A stretch of DNA of 64,000 nt from the human T2T-CHM13v2.0 reference genome, Homo sapiens. The position numbers and the translations under genes were made by a program. This document shows positions 1-17,998 of the stretch, piece after piece (the stretch's first letter is position 1; each line of letters opens with the position of its first letter). Under the pieces are notes generated by a model that was not told the origin of the DNA, ran no database searches, and saw nothing but the letters and a program-made list of their open reading frames with translations. The DNA lies in assembly GCF_009914755.1 (NCBI RefSeq), contig NC_060925.1; one strand, given 5' to 3'.

Positions 1-8
1 GAGGATCA

Positions 9-298
9 GGCCCAGTGGCTCATGCTTGAAGTCCCAGCACCTTGGGAGGCTAAGGAGGGCAGATCACTTAAGCCCAGGAGTTTGAGACCAGCCTGGGCAA
101 CATAGTCACAAAAAAAAAAACACAAAAATTAGCCAGGCACGGTGGCGTGCGCCTGTAGTCCCAGCTACTCAGGAGGCTGAGGCAGTAAGATCACTTGAGT
201 CCAGGAGTTTGAGGCTGCAGTGAGCAATGATCATGCCACTACACTCCAGCCTAGGTGACAGTGAGAACCTGTCCTGAAAAAGAAAAGAAAAAGGAAAG
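9..298 (+). mobile_element. Alu (old, J-like)
   Basis: Alu consensus motifs with an A-rich tail. Confidence 0.9.
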
Positions 299-594
299 AC
301 ATCTTTAAACATATGGAGCTTACTTTCTAGTGGCATATAACAGGAGACAAGGCTGAAAGAAAGAAACCAGGCAGGAGGTCACTGCAATATTCAAATATAA
401 TCTGCAAAAGCCTGAATTGGCAGGGACTACAGGAATGAAAAGGAGGGGGTGGATACTGGAATCCATTCATATTAGGATGATTTATGTAATAATTTACAAT
501 GAAGTTATATCCATGACTTACTATTGAATGCTTATTCAACACAGGAAGAACAAAGTTATTAACTTCTCTGAACTTTTACCATATACAAACTCAC

Positions 595-826
595 CTTCTT
601 ATTACATGTAACAGGCAAATTCCCAACAAACACAGTTCTCTCATTCTTTAATCTCTCTTCTTCTTGGTTGATTTGAATTTTCTTTCTTTGACTGACAACT
701 GTGTCTTCTGTGTCATCAAGTATTTTTCTATCTGCTACTTTAACACCAGGTTGAGAATTTTTCCTTTTCTGCCCTTGTTTCTGGTGAATTTCTTCTTCTA
801 AATCAGCACTCGCTAGAGCGCTTTCC
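595..826 (-). CDS. RBM34: RBM34 exon 4 (232 nt; R/ESALASADLEEEIHQKQGQ...NERTVFVGNLPVTCNKK, start of RRM1); gene continues beyond the left edge
   Basis: Acceptor TTAAAAAG| at 828-827 and donor AAG|GTGAG at 594-593. Open frame contains the RNP2-like VFVGNL. Phase 2 in, phase 0 out; 597 coding nt cumulative. Confidence 0.95.
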
Positions 827-1044
827 CTTTTTAAGGCAAAAAATAAAATAAGCAGTAAGAGTCATGCCAGTTAGGTCTAGTATTTGACAAAGCACAGCCC
901 TACCCTCCCGACTAGAAATATTTCCCAATGTCTTCTGAATTTTCCTAGATTTACTACTCACAAATATATCAAAATTTTTAGAGCAGCGCTATCTAGAAAC
1001 TGACTAGTATCTTTAGAAAAAAAATGATTTAACTCAAGATTTAG

Positions 1045-2007
<963 letters not shown>

Positions 2008-2439
2008 CAAGAATAAGTGAAGCTCAATTTTTGAACACGTTAAATCTGCCATGCAACAGCAGCAGCAAGTTCATCTATACAAAAGCTGATTCACTTAAAG
2101 CTCTTGGAGATTTAGTTTACACTCTATCAATGCCTGATTTCATTTTCTACTCTAGACCTTTAGGGGCACTATCACACTCCCTGAGAGTCTAAAAAGGTTA
2201 ATATGGCAGCAGAGTACTTACTCTGTACAAGCAATATGGCTGATAGGAAAAACCAGATTCCCTACTTCTAATACTTCTGTAATATTTAAAGGACTCTTAC
2301 CAAAAGTAAATTGTGAAACGGTAAATACAATATAAAGTATTGCTGGATATGGATAAGCAAGGTCTGAGCATCAATCTGAAACGAGAACTAAAGGATATTA
2401 AGGAGTGAGGGAAGAGAAGAGCTAATAAGAATCATAAAA

Positions 2440-3720
2440 ATGACTCACTCATCAGCAAATACTTACCGGGTTCCTACTCAGTTCTAGGCTCTGAGGATAC
2501 AAAGATAAAGAAACAATCAAAGGCCTCCAACAGTGCAGTGAAGAGACAGACCAAGTTCACAATAAAATGGTAACAGCTATAATACATGGTATGCAAACAT
2601 AAACGAGAAAGGCTTCTCAGAGGAGGAAATCAGTGTCTGGCACATAGTCCAATAAAAGCTGACTGCTATTACTCCTCCCCTGAGGACAGGGTCCATGTCT
2701 AGTGTTTTGCTCACTACAGTATATAAAGTACCTAGCAGGTGTGAAAGGAAACGAGACAGTACAGTAAGGTGGGAACCAGGTCAGGAGAGACCTTCAGTGT
2801 TACACGAAAGTGCTTAGATTTTATCCTACTGAAGATGAGGAGACACTGAAGACTTTGAGAGCATCTAAAAAAGATCATCTGGGCAGAAGAGTGGAAGATA
2901 ATTAGAAAGAGGATAAGGTTGGAGAAGGGAGACCAGTAAGGAGATGGTTACAACAGTGTGTATCTGAGAAGACTGACCAGACTGACCAGAGCAGGGAAGG
3001 AGGTGAAGACGAAAAGGCAGATTAAAGAGATAATTAAAAAACAGCATCATCAGGACTCGGCAACTGATTAGCTAAGCAAGGAGAGGAAAGAAGACAGGAT
3101 GACTCTCGGGCCACTAACTTAGGCAACTAGAAGGCTAGTGGTAGCGCTCATGCCAAGGAACAGGACTGATGAGAATGATGAGCTCCCAGTGGAGCATTCT
3201 TACCTGGTGGTACATATGGAATAAAGAGGTGCAAATGCCAGGAGGCAAACAAACATACATGTCTGGAGATCAGGAGAGAGATCACGGTGGGCACAAGAGA
3301 TACTGCCCCCAACAAAGGGTGACAAAGGGTCACAAGAACATGACCAAGAATGAGACCCCTGAGGGAAATGCACATTTAAAGAGTAGTCAGAGGAAAAGAT
3401 ACCACAGTAACACTAAGAAAGAATTGGCAAGAGGACAATCAGAAGAGATTTCTCTCAGAGAATCCGGTAGCTTCAACAAGAAAAGCAGCCACGTGAAAGG
3501 TAACAGAGGACTCATAAGACAAAAGCTGCACTGCCCATTACATATGAGAGGTCAGGGTGGCCTCAGTGGGCACTGCTTCAGTGGCACAGTCAGGACGGAG
3601 AATAAAACCCACCACCACCAGAATCCAAGTGCGTGGAAGGGTGAACAGATCAAGAGAAGGGAGAGAGTACAAGAACAGACTACTTTTCTTAAAAGCTAGA
3701 CTGAAGGGAAGGACTGTGGG
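2440..3720 (-). mobile_element. Degenerate L2 LINE fragments
   Basis: L2 3'-end-like ACTCACTCATCAGCAAATACTTA...CTAGGCTCTGAGGATACAAAG followed by purine-rich L2-like sequence. Boundaries uncertain. Confidence 0.5.
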
Positions 3721-3816
3721 AATGGTAGCAAACAGAGACATGCAATTACATGGGTTTTTTTTTTTGGCGGTTAGGGGGAATGTCCTTTTTAAAGATTAGA
3801 ATCGTGAGCACGTCTA

Positions 3817-4365
<549 letters not shown>

Positions 4366-4541
4366 TTAACAGCTCCAGAACTGGTACAAAGGTCTTCAGT
4401 TGAAATGAGAAAAGGGAAAAGGAAATAAGGGGCTTGAGGAGAGTGGCAAAGAAGAGAGGAATGAAGACTGTTAGCTAGGTACACGTGATGGGATCACTAT
4501 TTGCATCTTGATTCAAATACACTGTTAAACAACGTTATGCT

Positions 4542-5977
4542 GGCCGGGCATGGTGGGTCATGCCTGTAATCCTAGCACTTGGGGAGACGGAGGTAGGAGG
4601 ATGGTTTGAGCCCAGGAGTTCAGGACTAGCCTGGGCAACATAGCAAGACCCTGTTTCTATTTTTTTACTAAAAAAAAAAAAAAAATGCTGACTGGATCAC
4701 TTGAGTCCAGCAGTTTGCGACCAGCCTGGGCAACATGGCAAAATCCCGTCTCTACAAAACATACAAAAATTAGCTGGGCATGGTGGGGCATGCCTATAGT
4801 CTAAGCAACACAGGAGGCTGAGGTGGGCGGCTGGATTGAGTCTGGGAAGCAAAGATTGCAGTGAGCCGCAATCGCACCACTGCACTCCAACCTGGGTGAC
4901 AGAGCCAGACCTTGTCTCAAAAAAAAAAAAAAAAAGTTAATGAGGGAAATGAATAAATTTAAGAACACCAAACTCGGCCAGGTGTGATGGCTCACGTATG
5001 TAATCCCAGCACCTTGGGAGGCGGAGGCAAGTGGATCATGAGGTCAAGAGTTCGAGACCAGACTGGTCAATATGGTGACACCCCGTCTCTACTAAGAATA
5101 CAAAAATCAGCTGGGTGTGATGGCGCGCCCATAGTCCCAGCTGCTCAGTAGGCTGAGGCAGAAGAATCACTTGAACCCAGGAGGCGGAGGTTGCAGTGAG
5201 TCAAGATTGCGCCACTGCACTCCAGCCTTGGCGACAGAGTGAGACTCCAGCTCAAAAAAAAAAAAAAAAATTTTTTTTTTAAAAAGCAAACCAGGCCAGG
5301 TGCAGTGGCTCATGCCTATAATCCCTGCACTTTAGGAGGCTGAGGTGGGTGGATCACCTGAGGTCAGGAGTTCAAGACCAACCTGGCCAACATGATGAAA
5401 CTCTGTCTCTACTAAAAACACAAAAAATTAACCGGGCATGGTGGCACCTGTAATCTCAGCTCCACGGGAGGCCTGAGGCAGGAAAAATCACTTAAACCCG
5501 GGAGGTGGAGGTTGCAGTGAGCTGAGATCAGGCCACTGCACTCCAGTCTGGACAAAAAGAGCAAAACTCCGTCTCAAAAAAAAAAAAAGAAACGCAAACC
5601 AAATTCTTTTATATACATGCTGAAATATTTATAGATGAAACATAAATTTTCATTTTGCTTCCAAATAATGAGGTGGTAGCTGGGCGAGGTGGCTCACACC
5701 TGTAATCTCAACACTTTCGGAGGCCGAGGTGGGCAGATCGCTTGAGGTCAGGAGTTCCAGACCTGCCTGGCCAACATGGTGAAACCCTGTCTCCACTAAA
5801 AATACAAAAATTAGCTGGGCATGGTGACGCAGGCCTGTAGTCCCACCTACTCAGGGCCGAGGCAGGAGAATCGCTTGAACCTGGGAAGCGGAGGTTGCAG
5901 TGAGCTGAGATCACTGCACTCTACTGCAGCCTGGGCGTGGCATCAAGACTCCATCTCAAAACAAACAAAAACAAATA
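4542..5977 (+). mobile_element. Cluster of five same-orientation Alus or fragments (4542-4685, 4693-4935, 4976-5270, 5294-5592, 5678-5977)
   Basis: Alu consensus motifs with A tails. Confidence 0.9.
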
Positions 5978-6216
5978 ATGAGGGGGTATATGAGTGGGGT
6001 AAAAATACAAAAAGGTTAGCCAAATATTAGTAATTGCTGATGCTGAGTACACGGGGTTTCTTAGCCTTTTCAACTTTTCTATATGTACTGGATTTTCCAT
6101 AATAAAAGTTTTGAAAGAAAGTAGAAATATGAAATAAAACTGACGAATATTCCAAGTATAGGAATGTTAATTTACCATCTAATTTCTTTAACATCAAATA
6201 AGAGAATTTTACCAAC

Positions 6217-6353
6217 CTGTCTGCCAACTTTTTTTCTGCGTTAGTGTGTTTCTTCTTCGCTTTCACTTTTTTGGCAGGTTCTTGCGAAAGTGGTCTTTCA
6301 ATCTGGGATGTACTTTCTTCCTCCTCATTCCGTTTCGTTTTTTTGATGGTTTG
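6217..6353 (-). CDS. RBM34: RBM34 exon 3 (137 nt; QTIKKTKRNEEEESTSQIERPLSQEPAKKVKAKKKHTNAEKKLAD/R)
   Basis: Acceptor AAAAAG| at 6355-6354 and donor CAG|GTTGGT. Frame joins exons 2 and 4; overlaps ORF 6027..6266. Confidence 0.93.
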
Positions 6354-6598
6354 CTTTTTAAAAGTTTGAAGTTATATTTGAGACCCCATACTTCTAGAAT
6401 TCTGACCCTAAGCCATAATTCAGTCTTTCTAAATGAGAATCTCTTCTCTCTCACTGGTATGTAAGAGTCATGAAAGGTTACTTAAAATGAATCCTGTCTG
6501 CCCCCTTTAGAAATCACGCTTCACGCGGTAGGTAAGAAGATTGCTTTGTATGTAAGTGGTTCTAACGAGCTATTCGGGAAGAAAGCCCAGTGACTTAC

Positions 6599-6773
6599 TT
6601 TAGGCACAGGCACGTACACGGGTTGAATCTGGGGCTCCAGAGAACTGAAGAGGGACGCCAGCCGACCGGTGCCACCTCTGGAATGGTGTTCGCCGCGAAA
6701 TAAGCTACTGGCGACCTGTCCAAGCCTGTAGTCTTCCGGCGGACTCCCGCGAACGCCGTCGTCAGGATTCTCT
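6599..6773 (-). CDS. RBM34: RBM34 exon 2 (175 nt; G/ENPDDGVRGSPPEDYRLGQVASSLF...PVYVPVPK)
   Basis: Acceptor TTTCTAG| and donor AAA|GTAAGT. Translation visible in ORF 6521..6892. Confidence 0.95.
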
Positions 6774-6879
6774 CTAGAAATGGACGACAGAAACTCAGCC
6801 ACGCCACGCACCACCGCTTCGCCAGCACGAGGGAACGTACAACATCCCTCCCCAGGTACTCGTGCCGCGCGCCACTCAC

Positions 6880-6932
6880 CCCTCCTGGACACTTCTCTTT
6901 CTCTTCCGTTTGCTCATCCCTTCCAAGGCCAT
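6880..6932 (-). CDS. RBM34: RBM34 exon 1 coding part (MALEGMSKRKRKRSVQE/G)
   Basis: ATG at 6932 in strong Kozak context (AGAATGG), basic NLS-like KRKRKR, donor GGG|GTGAGT at 6879-6874. Confidence 0.95.
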
Positions 6933-6975
6933 TCTTACTCCAAAGACTCCCAGACTGCAGCTGCGCGCCAGCTCG

Positions 6976-7017
6976 CACTTCCGGGTTCCGGGCACTTCCG
7001 CTCTCTGGCCACGCCCC
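6976..7017 (-). promoter_or_regulatory. Tandem ETS (GABPA/ELK-type) motifs plus Sp/KLF GC box at the RBM34 TSS
   Basis: CCGGAAGTG (6984-6976), CCGGAA (6991-6986), CGGAAGTG (7000-6993) and GGGGCGTGGC (7017-7008). Typical of a TATA-less housekeeping promoter. Confidence 0.7.
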
Positions 7018-7690
7018 CTCCCCTCCGGCAGTCGGCCGCCGGGCGGCGGCGAAGGGAGGCGCTGGGTGAGGGAGCAGGTTTGTCGCCGTCGGTTGGTGGT
7101 CCTCGCCGTTTCAGAAAAGCCTCATTTTGGGAGTGAAGGACGTCTTCTGGGAGTGGTTGAAGCCTGCAGTGTGAAGAATCAGCCAGGCTAGGAGCGGGGT
7201 GTCCACCCAAGCCGAGAGAGAAACACGTAGAATACTGACTTGTTGAAAAGGAGGGAGGGAGGTTTGGCAAGAAATGCGGTTAGGGGTGAACGCAGTGGGG
7301 TGTTTACAATTTGCTAATCGCTGTGAAGAGTACAAAGGAATTCTTTGTACTCTTCTTGCAACTTGTCTGAAACATGACATTATTCCAAAATAAAAACCAC
7401 AACTCTAACGAGTCACGTCAACATACAATTCGAAAGATTGTAATGCGGACCTGCTATTCTACCTGGAAAAGTAGATACTTGGCATTCAAAACGCTTCAAG
7501 GTGTTCTCAGCCCGTCTTCCCAGACTCATCTCCCTCCAGCCCCTGACATTCTAGCCTGCTTTCTCCACTGCCTCTACAGTTGTTATTCCTGTCCCCTCTG
7601 TTGTAATTGCCCTCCTCTTTCCCCTTCTGCAAAATAATGTCCATCCTTCAAGGCCTACCTCAGATACTGTCTAACTTAGTATTTCTTTGC

Positions 7691-7982
7691 AGCCAGGTGC
7701 GGTGGCTCGCCTGTAATCCTAACACATTTGGAGGCCGAAGTGGGAGGATTGCGTGAGGACTAGGAGTTTGAACCAGCCTGGTCGATCTAGCGAGACTTAT
7801 TCTCTACAGAAAAGAAATTAGACGGGCACCTTCGCGCTCGGCGCCTGTAGTCCCAGCACTTTGAGAGGCTCGGGCAAGAGGATCCCTTGAGCCCTGGAAG
7901 GTCGAGGCTGCAGTAAGCTGTGATCGCATCACTACACTCCAGCCTAAGCGGCAGACCCTGGCTCAAAAAAAAAAAAAAAAAA
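7691..7982 (+). mobile_element. Alu (J-like)
   Basis: Diverged Alu with an A tail. Confidence 0.85.
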
Positions 7983-8244
7983 TTCTTTGCTATTTACAAT
8001 AGGGATATTTTCCCAAGCCCCCATGGTACTTACTATAATCATTTTTGGTCTGCTTTAGTGTTAGTTACAGTCTCTTTAGATGTAAAGGCAAGACAGTAAG
8101 GATTATGTTTTATTCATCATGTATGCTGTGTCTCTATTAGCTGTACATAGTGAATATTTGTTAAATTGACTCTCAGGGTAATAAAAGATTACTAGTTAAA
8201 TCATCCAATAGTTTGAGTGGCAAAATAGGATTTGACTTTGTTCT

Positions 8245-8837
<593 letters not shown>

Positions 8838-9050
8838 AGGATTTGACTTTGAGTCTTTTGGGGACAGCCTAAGCTTTTTGAAAGCTACTCAACCAAGTTG
8901 ACTGGGAATATATGTGACTTTTACTTCCCCCTTCAGAGAAATTTATGAAAAAAATCCACAATATTCAACTGCTCGGCCCTGGGTTTTGATTACTGGGCCC
9001 CTTATTTTGGTTTCCCATAATCTTGATCTTCTGGTATTTCACAAAGATGA

Positions 9051-9464
<414 letters not shown>

Positions 9465-9598
9465 TAGAAGAAAACAGACTGCGAAAGCAGCTGTGGTTGC
9501 AGATAGTTTTAAAATTATCTTCATTGCTGTTCAGTGCTGTTTTTAACCATTTAGAGATCACTTACTGCTTTGAGAGTTTTTTAAAATATGAGGACATG

Positions 9599-10452
<854 letters not shown>

Positions 10453-11038
10453 ATACCATCTTAATATGTCAATTGTAAACTAACTTAGTAAAGTCTAGTT
10501 TAGGTGACCAGAAGTAGACATAGGTCAATTCTACTAATTCAATAAAATCCTCAAACCCTCTTAAGAAGGTAGGACGTAGAACAAGAAGGCAGGCGAGACA
10601 GAGAGGCACAAAGTCATAAATCTCGACTCCACCAAAATTTGGAATAATTCCCCTATTCAGCACTGTTTCTATAACATACTCAGTATGTGATATTAAGAGC
10701 TCCTCAAAAAACAGGGTTTCATGATTAGGTGGGATTGAAAACAGTAGGGTAAAGGAAGTTATTAGGCAGGTATCTCTTCACAGGCCTTCTCAAAGTTTTT
10801 AATATGCAAACACTGTGATTCTCTAAGAATGTGCTATACATAGATTTTCCAAAATATATTTGGTTATAAATTCCCAGAGCATTTCCAGGGACCAGTATTC
10901 TAGGAATTCATTTTGGGAAGCACCGTTCCACAGATTTAAAATATCATCCCTTAAACTAATTTTTGTGAAAATAAAGGGCCACCACAAAGATGCTTTAAAA
11001 AATATGTATTTAAGCTTTCTAGGCCTTAAAAAAGTTGA

Positions 11039-11672
<634 letters not shown>

Positions 11673-11752
11673 AAGAAAGGTTTTCTGTTGGTAGAAAGTC
11701 CAATAAGTGGGGCCAAAAAACTAGATTATAGATTTTTAGAAGTTTGCGGCAA

Positions 11753-11930
11753 AGCAGTGTTTCTCAACCCAGATGCATATTAATATCACTAGAGACCTTT
11801 AAAAATTAAAGATCAACATCCAGGTACTACCCCCAACCAATTAAATATAACTCCTTGGGAGTGGGGTGTGAGTACTGAATATACTTTTAACAATGTCCAG
11901 ATGATTGCAATGTGCAATAGAACACACTGA
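11753..11930. mobile_element. MER5-like hAT-Charlie DNA transposon remnant
   Basis: CAGTGTTTCTCAA...GATGATTGCAATGTGCA...AACACACTG resembles MER5A. Confidence 0.6.
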
Positions 11931-12120
11931 AGTATAAAAGACCCGGAAAGGTCTAACTAAATTAAAAATTTTAAAAAGCCGCTGGTAATGGTTTCAAGTG
12001 TTAAATAAATTTTAAAAAAAACACTTAATTTTCAAATTTGGACAATTCTTCAAGTGATAAGAAAAATATTTAAATTCAGACTCAAGCAAAATAGTGTGTG
12101 CAAAGATAAAAGAATGCCTA

Positions 12121-12424
12121 GGCTGGGTGTGTTGGCTCCCGCCTGTAATCCCAGCACATTGGGAGGCCAAGGTGGGTGGATCACATGAGGTCAGGAGTTT
12201 GAGACCAGCCTGACCAGTACGGTGAAACCCCGTCTCTGCTAAAAATACAAAAATTAGCCAGGAGTGCTGGCAGATGTCTATAATCCCAGCTACTCGGAAG
12301 GCTGAAGCTGGAGAATTGCTTGAACCCGGGAGATAGAGGTTGCAGTGAGCTGGAGATTGCGCCACTGCACTCTAGCCTGGGTGACAGAGCAAGACTCCGT
12401 GTCCAAAAAAAAAAAAAAAAAAAA
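12121..12424 (+). mobile_element. Alu (S-type)
   Basis: Full length with TSD AAAAGAATGCCTA. Confidence 0.95.
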
Positions 12425-12604
12425 GAATGCCTAATACATTCCTTATCTGATTAATGGACTTTTAATTTTCATAGGTAGAATCTTCCTTTTTTTGTGTATC
12501 AATTAATCCCCTGTGATAATACGTGCTGGATATGTATGTTCCAGTCAGTCATCACATACAGAAATGAACTAAAATTACTAAATCTTTTAGAAACAAAAAT
12601 CAAG

Positions 12605-14229
12605 GATTCACAAACTATGGCATTTTATTTCAGAGCCTTTGCTTACATTTGTACAATATATTACATAATTCTTCATTGTTTGCAGATCCTAATATATACT
12701 TTATAGCTTTTATTCTATAAGCTTTTTTCTTCAACATTTTGCTGTCAACAAATCTTTACAGTCCTGTACAAATTTGAATAACTTGAAACCATTTTCAACA
12801 AAATTAGTTACTGTAAGCACACACTACAAGACTGAAAATGCTTTTCTTAGAAAAGTTGAATGTAAAGGATTCTGACACGTTAGCATCTACAACAAAACGC
12901 ATTGAAATTCCCACGTCGTATTGCCAGGAAACAAAGAAAACATGCCAGCCCCATCCAAAAAAAGTACACAGAACTACAATTAAAACAGTAAAACAGTCTG
13001 TACAATAAAGTACTGTGTATTAACAGTGCCAGATATTAAATAGCTTGAATGAACACATCCACAATATACAAATGTCTTACAAAGGTGAAGAATTAAATAC
13101 AAGTGCCAAACAGAACAGAGATTGGAATCATACAACATAAAGTCAATACAAGTGAAAACAATTTTGCATTCATTTTGGATTTTATACAAGGCATTTAATT
13201 TTATAGGCCTACCACCCCCATTAGCTATTTATATTTAAAATAACCACCATCCTTTTGAGACAGTTCCTATCAACAATCTTGAACCATACTAATACATTAC
13301 TTGTTCCTGAAGTCCTTTTGTTGTAGCTCATAATAAAATAAGCAATACAAATGAATTATCTGTATTTAAGGGAAAAGAAACATTTACAAGAAAACACAAA
13401 AATATAACTGTTATAATTCATTATGAATAAATATACACTTTGAACTGGCTAAGTACAATCTTTATACATTGTTTAAGATTTAATACAGTTTATTAGCCAT
13501 TTTCTTTTTTCACACAATGTATATCAAAATTAAAAAAAAATACTGATTTATAGAAAAATGGCAAAGTACAGTAGTTCCATTCCAATTTGAAGGGCCATGA
13601 AAAGCCACTGCAAGACCTTTTAGCCTAATTCAAACCTGTAAACATGTTCAGTCTTTTTTAAAGAGAATCTTTAATATTTGGTTACCAGGATTGATGTCTA
13701 ATATCCTGTTAACTGCAGGTTTTGAATTTATTACATGTGCTTGACTTATACAATTAAAGCCACCCTAAGGTGACTTGCTTTAAAAAACAATTACCTTGTA
13801 CAAATGAAAATAGGTTCATATTTTTTCATAAATAAATGGAAAAATATCAAATGTTCCAGCTTTAACAAAATACAAGGGAATACATATACAGTAAGTTATC
13901 TTAACATGTTCTGACCCACCCCTTAACTATGCTTACTGTATTGTCTCTACAGGCAGTGAAAAGCCTCCATTTGCCACAGTGGAAGGCCTTCCAGTTACCA
14001 GACACACAATTCCCAGACAAGTTGGAAACAATTATTGCTTGAGGAAAAGCAGTTCATTGTACTTTTTCTTCATAAAAAAGTGCACTTAAGTGCCAAGTCA
14101 GCTTGTCAAGAAACAATTTTTAAATATAAAATAGTGCTTGTCTGATATTTTTTTGTGCCACTGTGCAGTATAAAAAAAAAGTGGCCCTCAACAGCCATTA
14201 AGTGCAAAGTGCTTTAGCAAGTCCTGCTG
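12605..14229 (-). other. ARID4B: ARID4B 3'UTR (terminal exon)
   Basis: Repeat-free AU-rich sequence after the TGA, ending shortly after AATAAA at 12629-12624. Cleavage position estimated. Confidence 0.85.
12624..12629 (-). terminator. ARID4B distal polyadenylation signal AATAAA
   Basis: tttatt on the + strand, followed on the - strand by U-rich TTTTTGTTTCT (about 12599-12589). Confidence 0.75.
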
Positions 14230-14357
14230 TCACCTGCACTCAACTGACATTCCATTTTGTGATGCGCTGGACATTGACGGTTCAGCTAAAGTTAACATAA
14301 CAGCAGCTGTTATGGAACTGGATGAAGGTGAAGAGGAGGATGAGGATGTAGCAGCAC
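14230..14357 (-). CDS. ARID4B: ARID4B last coding exon (exon 24; S/AATSSSSSSPSSSSITAAVMLTLAEPSMSSASQNGMSVECR*)
   Basis: Acceptor CCCTTTTCCTTAG|, TGA at 14232-14230, phase 1 in. Confidence 0.95.
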
Positions 14358-14927
14358 CTAAGGAAAAGGGAGACCAAACCAAGAGCTTAATAAAAATTTA
14401 TGTCTAACAATAGACAGAAAATACTAGTCCTCTGAACTAAAATTCCGCTATATTGTCCAAAATCATTTAGCTTACAACAACAGTGGTCAATTCTCACAGT
14501 TCTACGATGTGAAGAAAGGAAAAGCTAGTGTAGCTCAAGAAGCTAGACAGTGCCCAACTACAGAAGTAATGAAAAGGACAGACCAGGGAAGGCTCCTGCG
14601 TGGGTCAAAGAGGGAAAGAACTGTGCCTAGTCTACAAGACACAGAAATAAAATACAGAATACACTTTTTGTAACAGTGAAACAAGTATCAAAACAGGAAA
14701 AATCTGCAATCCATCCAAAAATCATTTGTCCCCTCCTAATCCCTCCATCTTTCTGTACTTAGGAGTTTTCTTGTACATGTAAATGGTGACAAGAGTGGGA
14801 GGCTTAATTGCTTCTTCAAGTTGGATCAAAACAGTGCATAGCTCAACTGTTGCATTCTCCGCCACTAGGTTTACAAAGCAAATAACACATTAGTTATTTT
14901 CATCAGAGGAAGTCTCTCACTGTTTCC

Positions 14928-15666
<739 letters not shown>

Positions 15667-15854
15667 TCTCTGTTATAAATTAGTGTTCATAAATTAATAT
15701 TTTTAAATACATGCACAGATTTAAAAAATTCATTCAGTACAGGGGTAATAGGATAGAAAAGCAAATCTCACTCTCATCCAGGAACCTCCTAATCACCCAA
15801 ATTCCCTTCCCCATTGCTACCAGTTGATTCATATTCATTACAACTCTAGAAAAA

Positions 15855-16070
15855 AGGCTGGCAAAAAAACTACCCCAGGGGCAAATCTGGCTTACTTGTC
15901 TTTGGAAAGAAAAATTGTACTGGAACACAGCCATGCCTATTTGTTTACATATTGCCTATGGGAGTTTTCACACTTACCATGGCAGAGATAAGTAGTTTCT
16001 ACAGAGACCACATGGCCCACAAAGCCTAACATATTTATTGTCTCTTTACAGAAAATGTTTGCAACCCCTG
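15855..16070 (+). mobile_element. MER58A-like DNA transposon
   Basis: ACTGGAACACAGCCATGCC...GAGACCACATGGCCCACAAAGCCTAA...TTTACAGAAAATGTTTGCAACCCCTG. Confidence 0.75.
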
Positions 16071-16161
16071 TTCTACAGGAATTTTATCTCTAGAATCTAG
16101 AGATATGATATGCAAATTTAAAATATATAGATATAGCAACACCTTTAAAAACATAAGTGGA

Positions 16162-17200
<1,039 letters not shown>

Positions 17201-17290
17201 CTATGGATTTTTCTTAAAATAGTATTTAGGAACCGACTTTTAATGCTAACCCAGTAGAGAGGCTCTATTTAGCAAAATCATTCATTATAA

Positions 17291-17659
<369 letters not shown>

Positions 17660-17998
17660 TAATTTATCTCACTTCCTCATGTCATTCAGGTATCAACAAA
17701 AATATACTGACCATTTGTAATCTAAAGTAACCCATCCAATCACTACCTTAACATCATTTTCTTCATAGTGCTTTCAATATCTGAAATTATCTTATTAGGA
17801 TGTTTTTGGTAGAGTATAAACTCTATGAAAGTGAATATTATGATCTGAAATAATTTTTTTATTTGAGATAATTTCACTTTAGAGATGAGGAAAATAAGAT
17901 AAAGAAATTAAAGAATTTGCCTGAAAATAGACAAAGTCATGGCAGTCTAACTGCAGAGTGAGAAATTCTGGTTTATGTTTAAATAAAGTAAAAATACT

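Larger units (their letters stand above)
6610..7110. promoter_or_regulatory. CpG island / RBM34 promoter
   Basis: The only GC- and CpG-dense non-Alu stretch of this size in the window. It covers RBM34 exons 1-2 and upstream sequence. Confidence 0.85.

Noticed and set aside
3169-3699. 176-aa plus-strand ORF in RBM34 intron 3
   Set aside because: Lies in purine-rich L2-like sequence, has no recognisable domain, and shows no promoter or splice support.
6780-7270. Several 100+ aa ORFs over the RBM34 promoter
   Set aside because: Expected stop-codon depletion in a CpG island; no recognisable protein.
7290-7370. Partial resemblance to Y3 RNA (GCAGTGG..TGTTTACAA)
   Set aside because: The match is short, lacks the Y RNA terminal stem, and the 3' part looks like an old L1 end.
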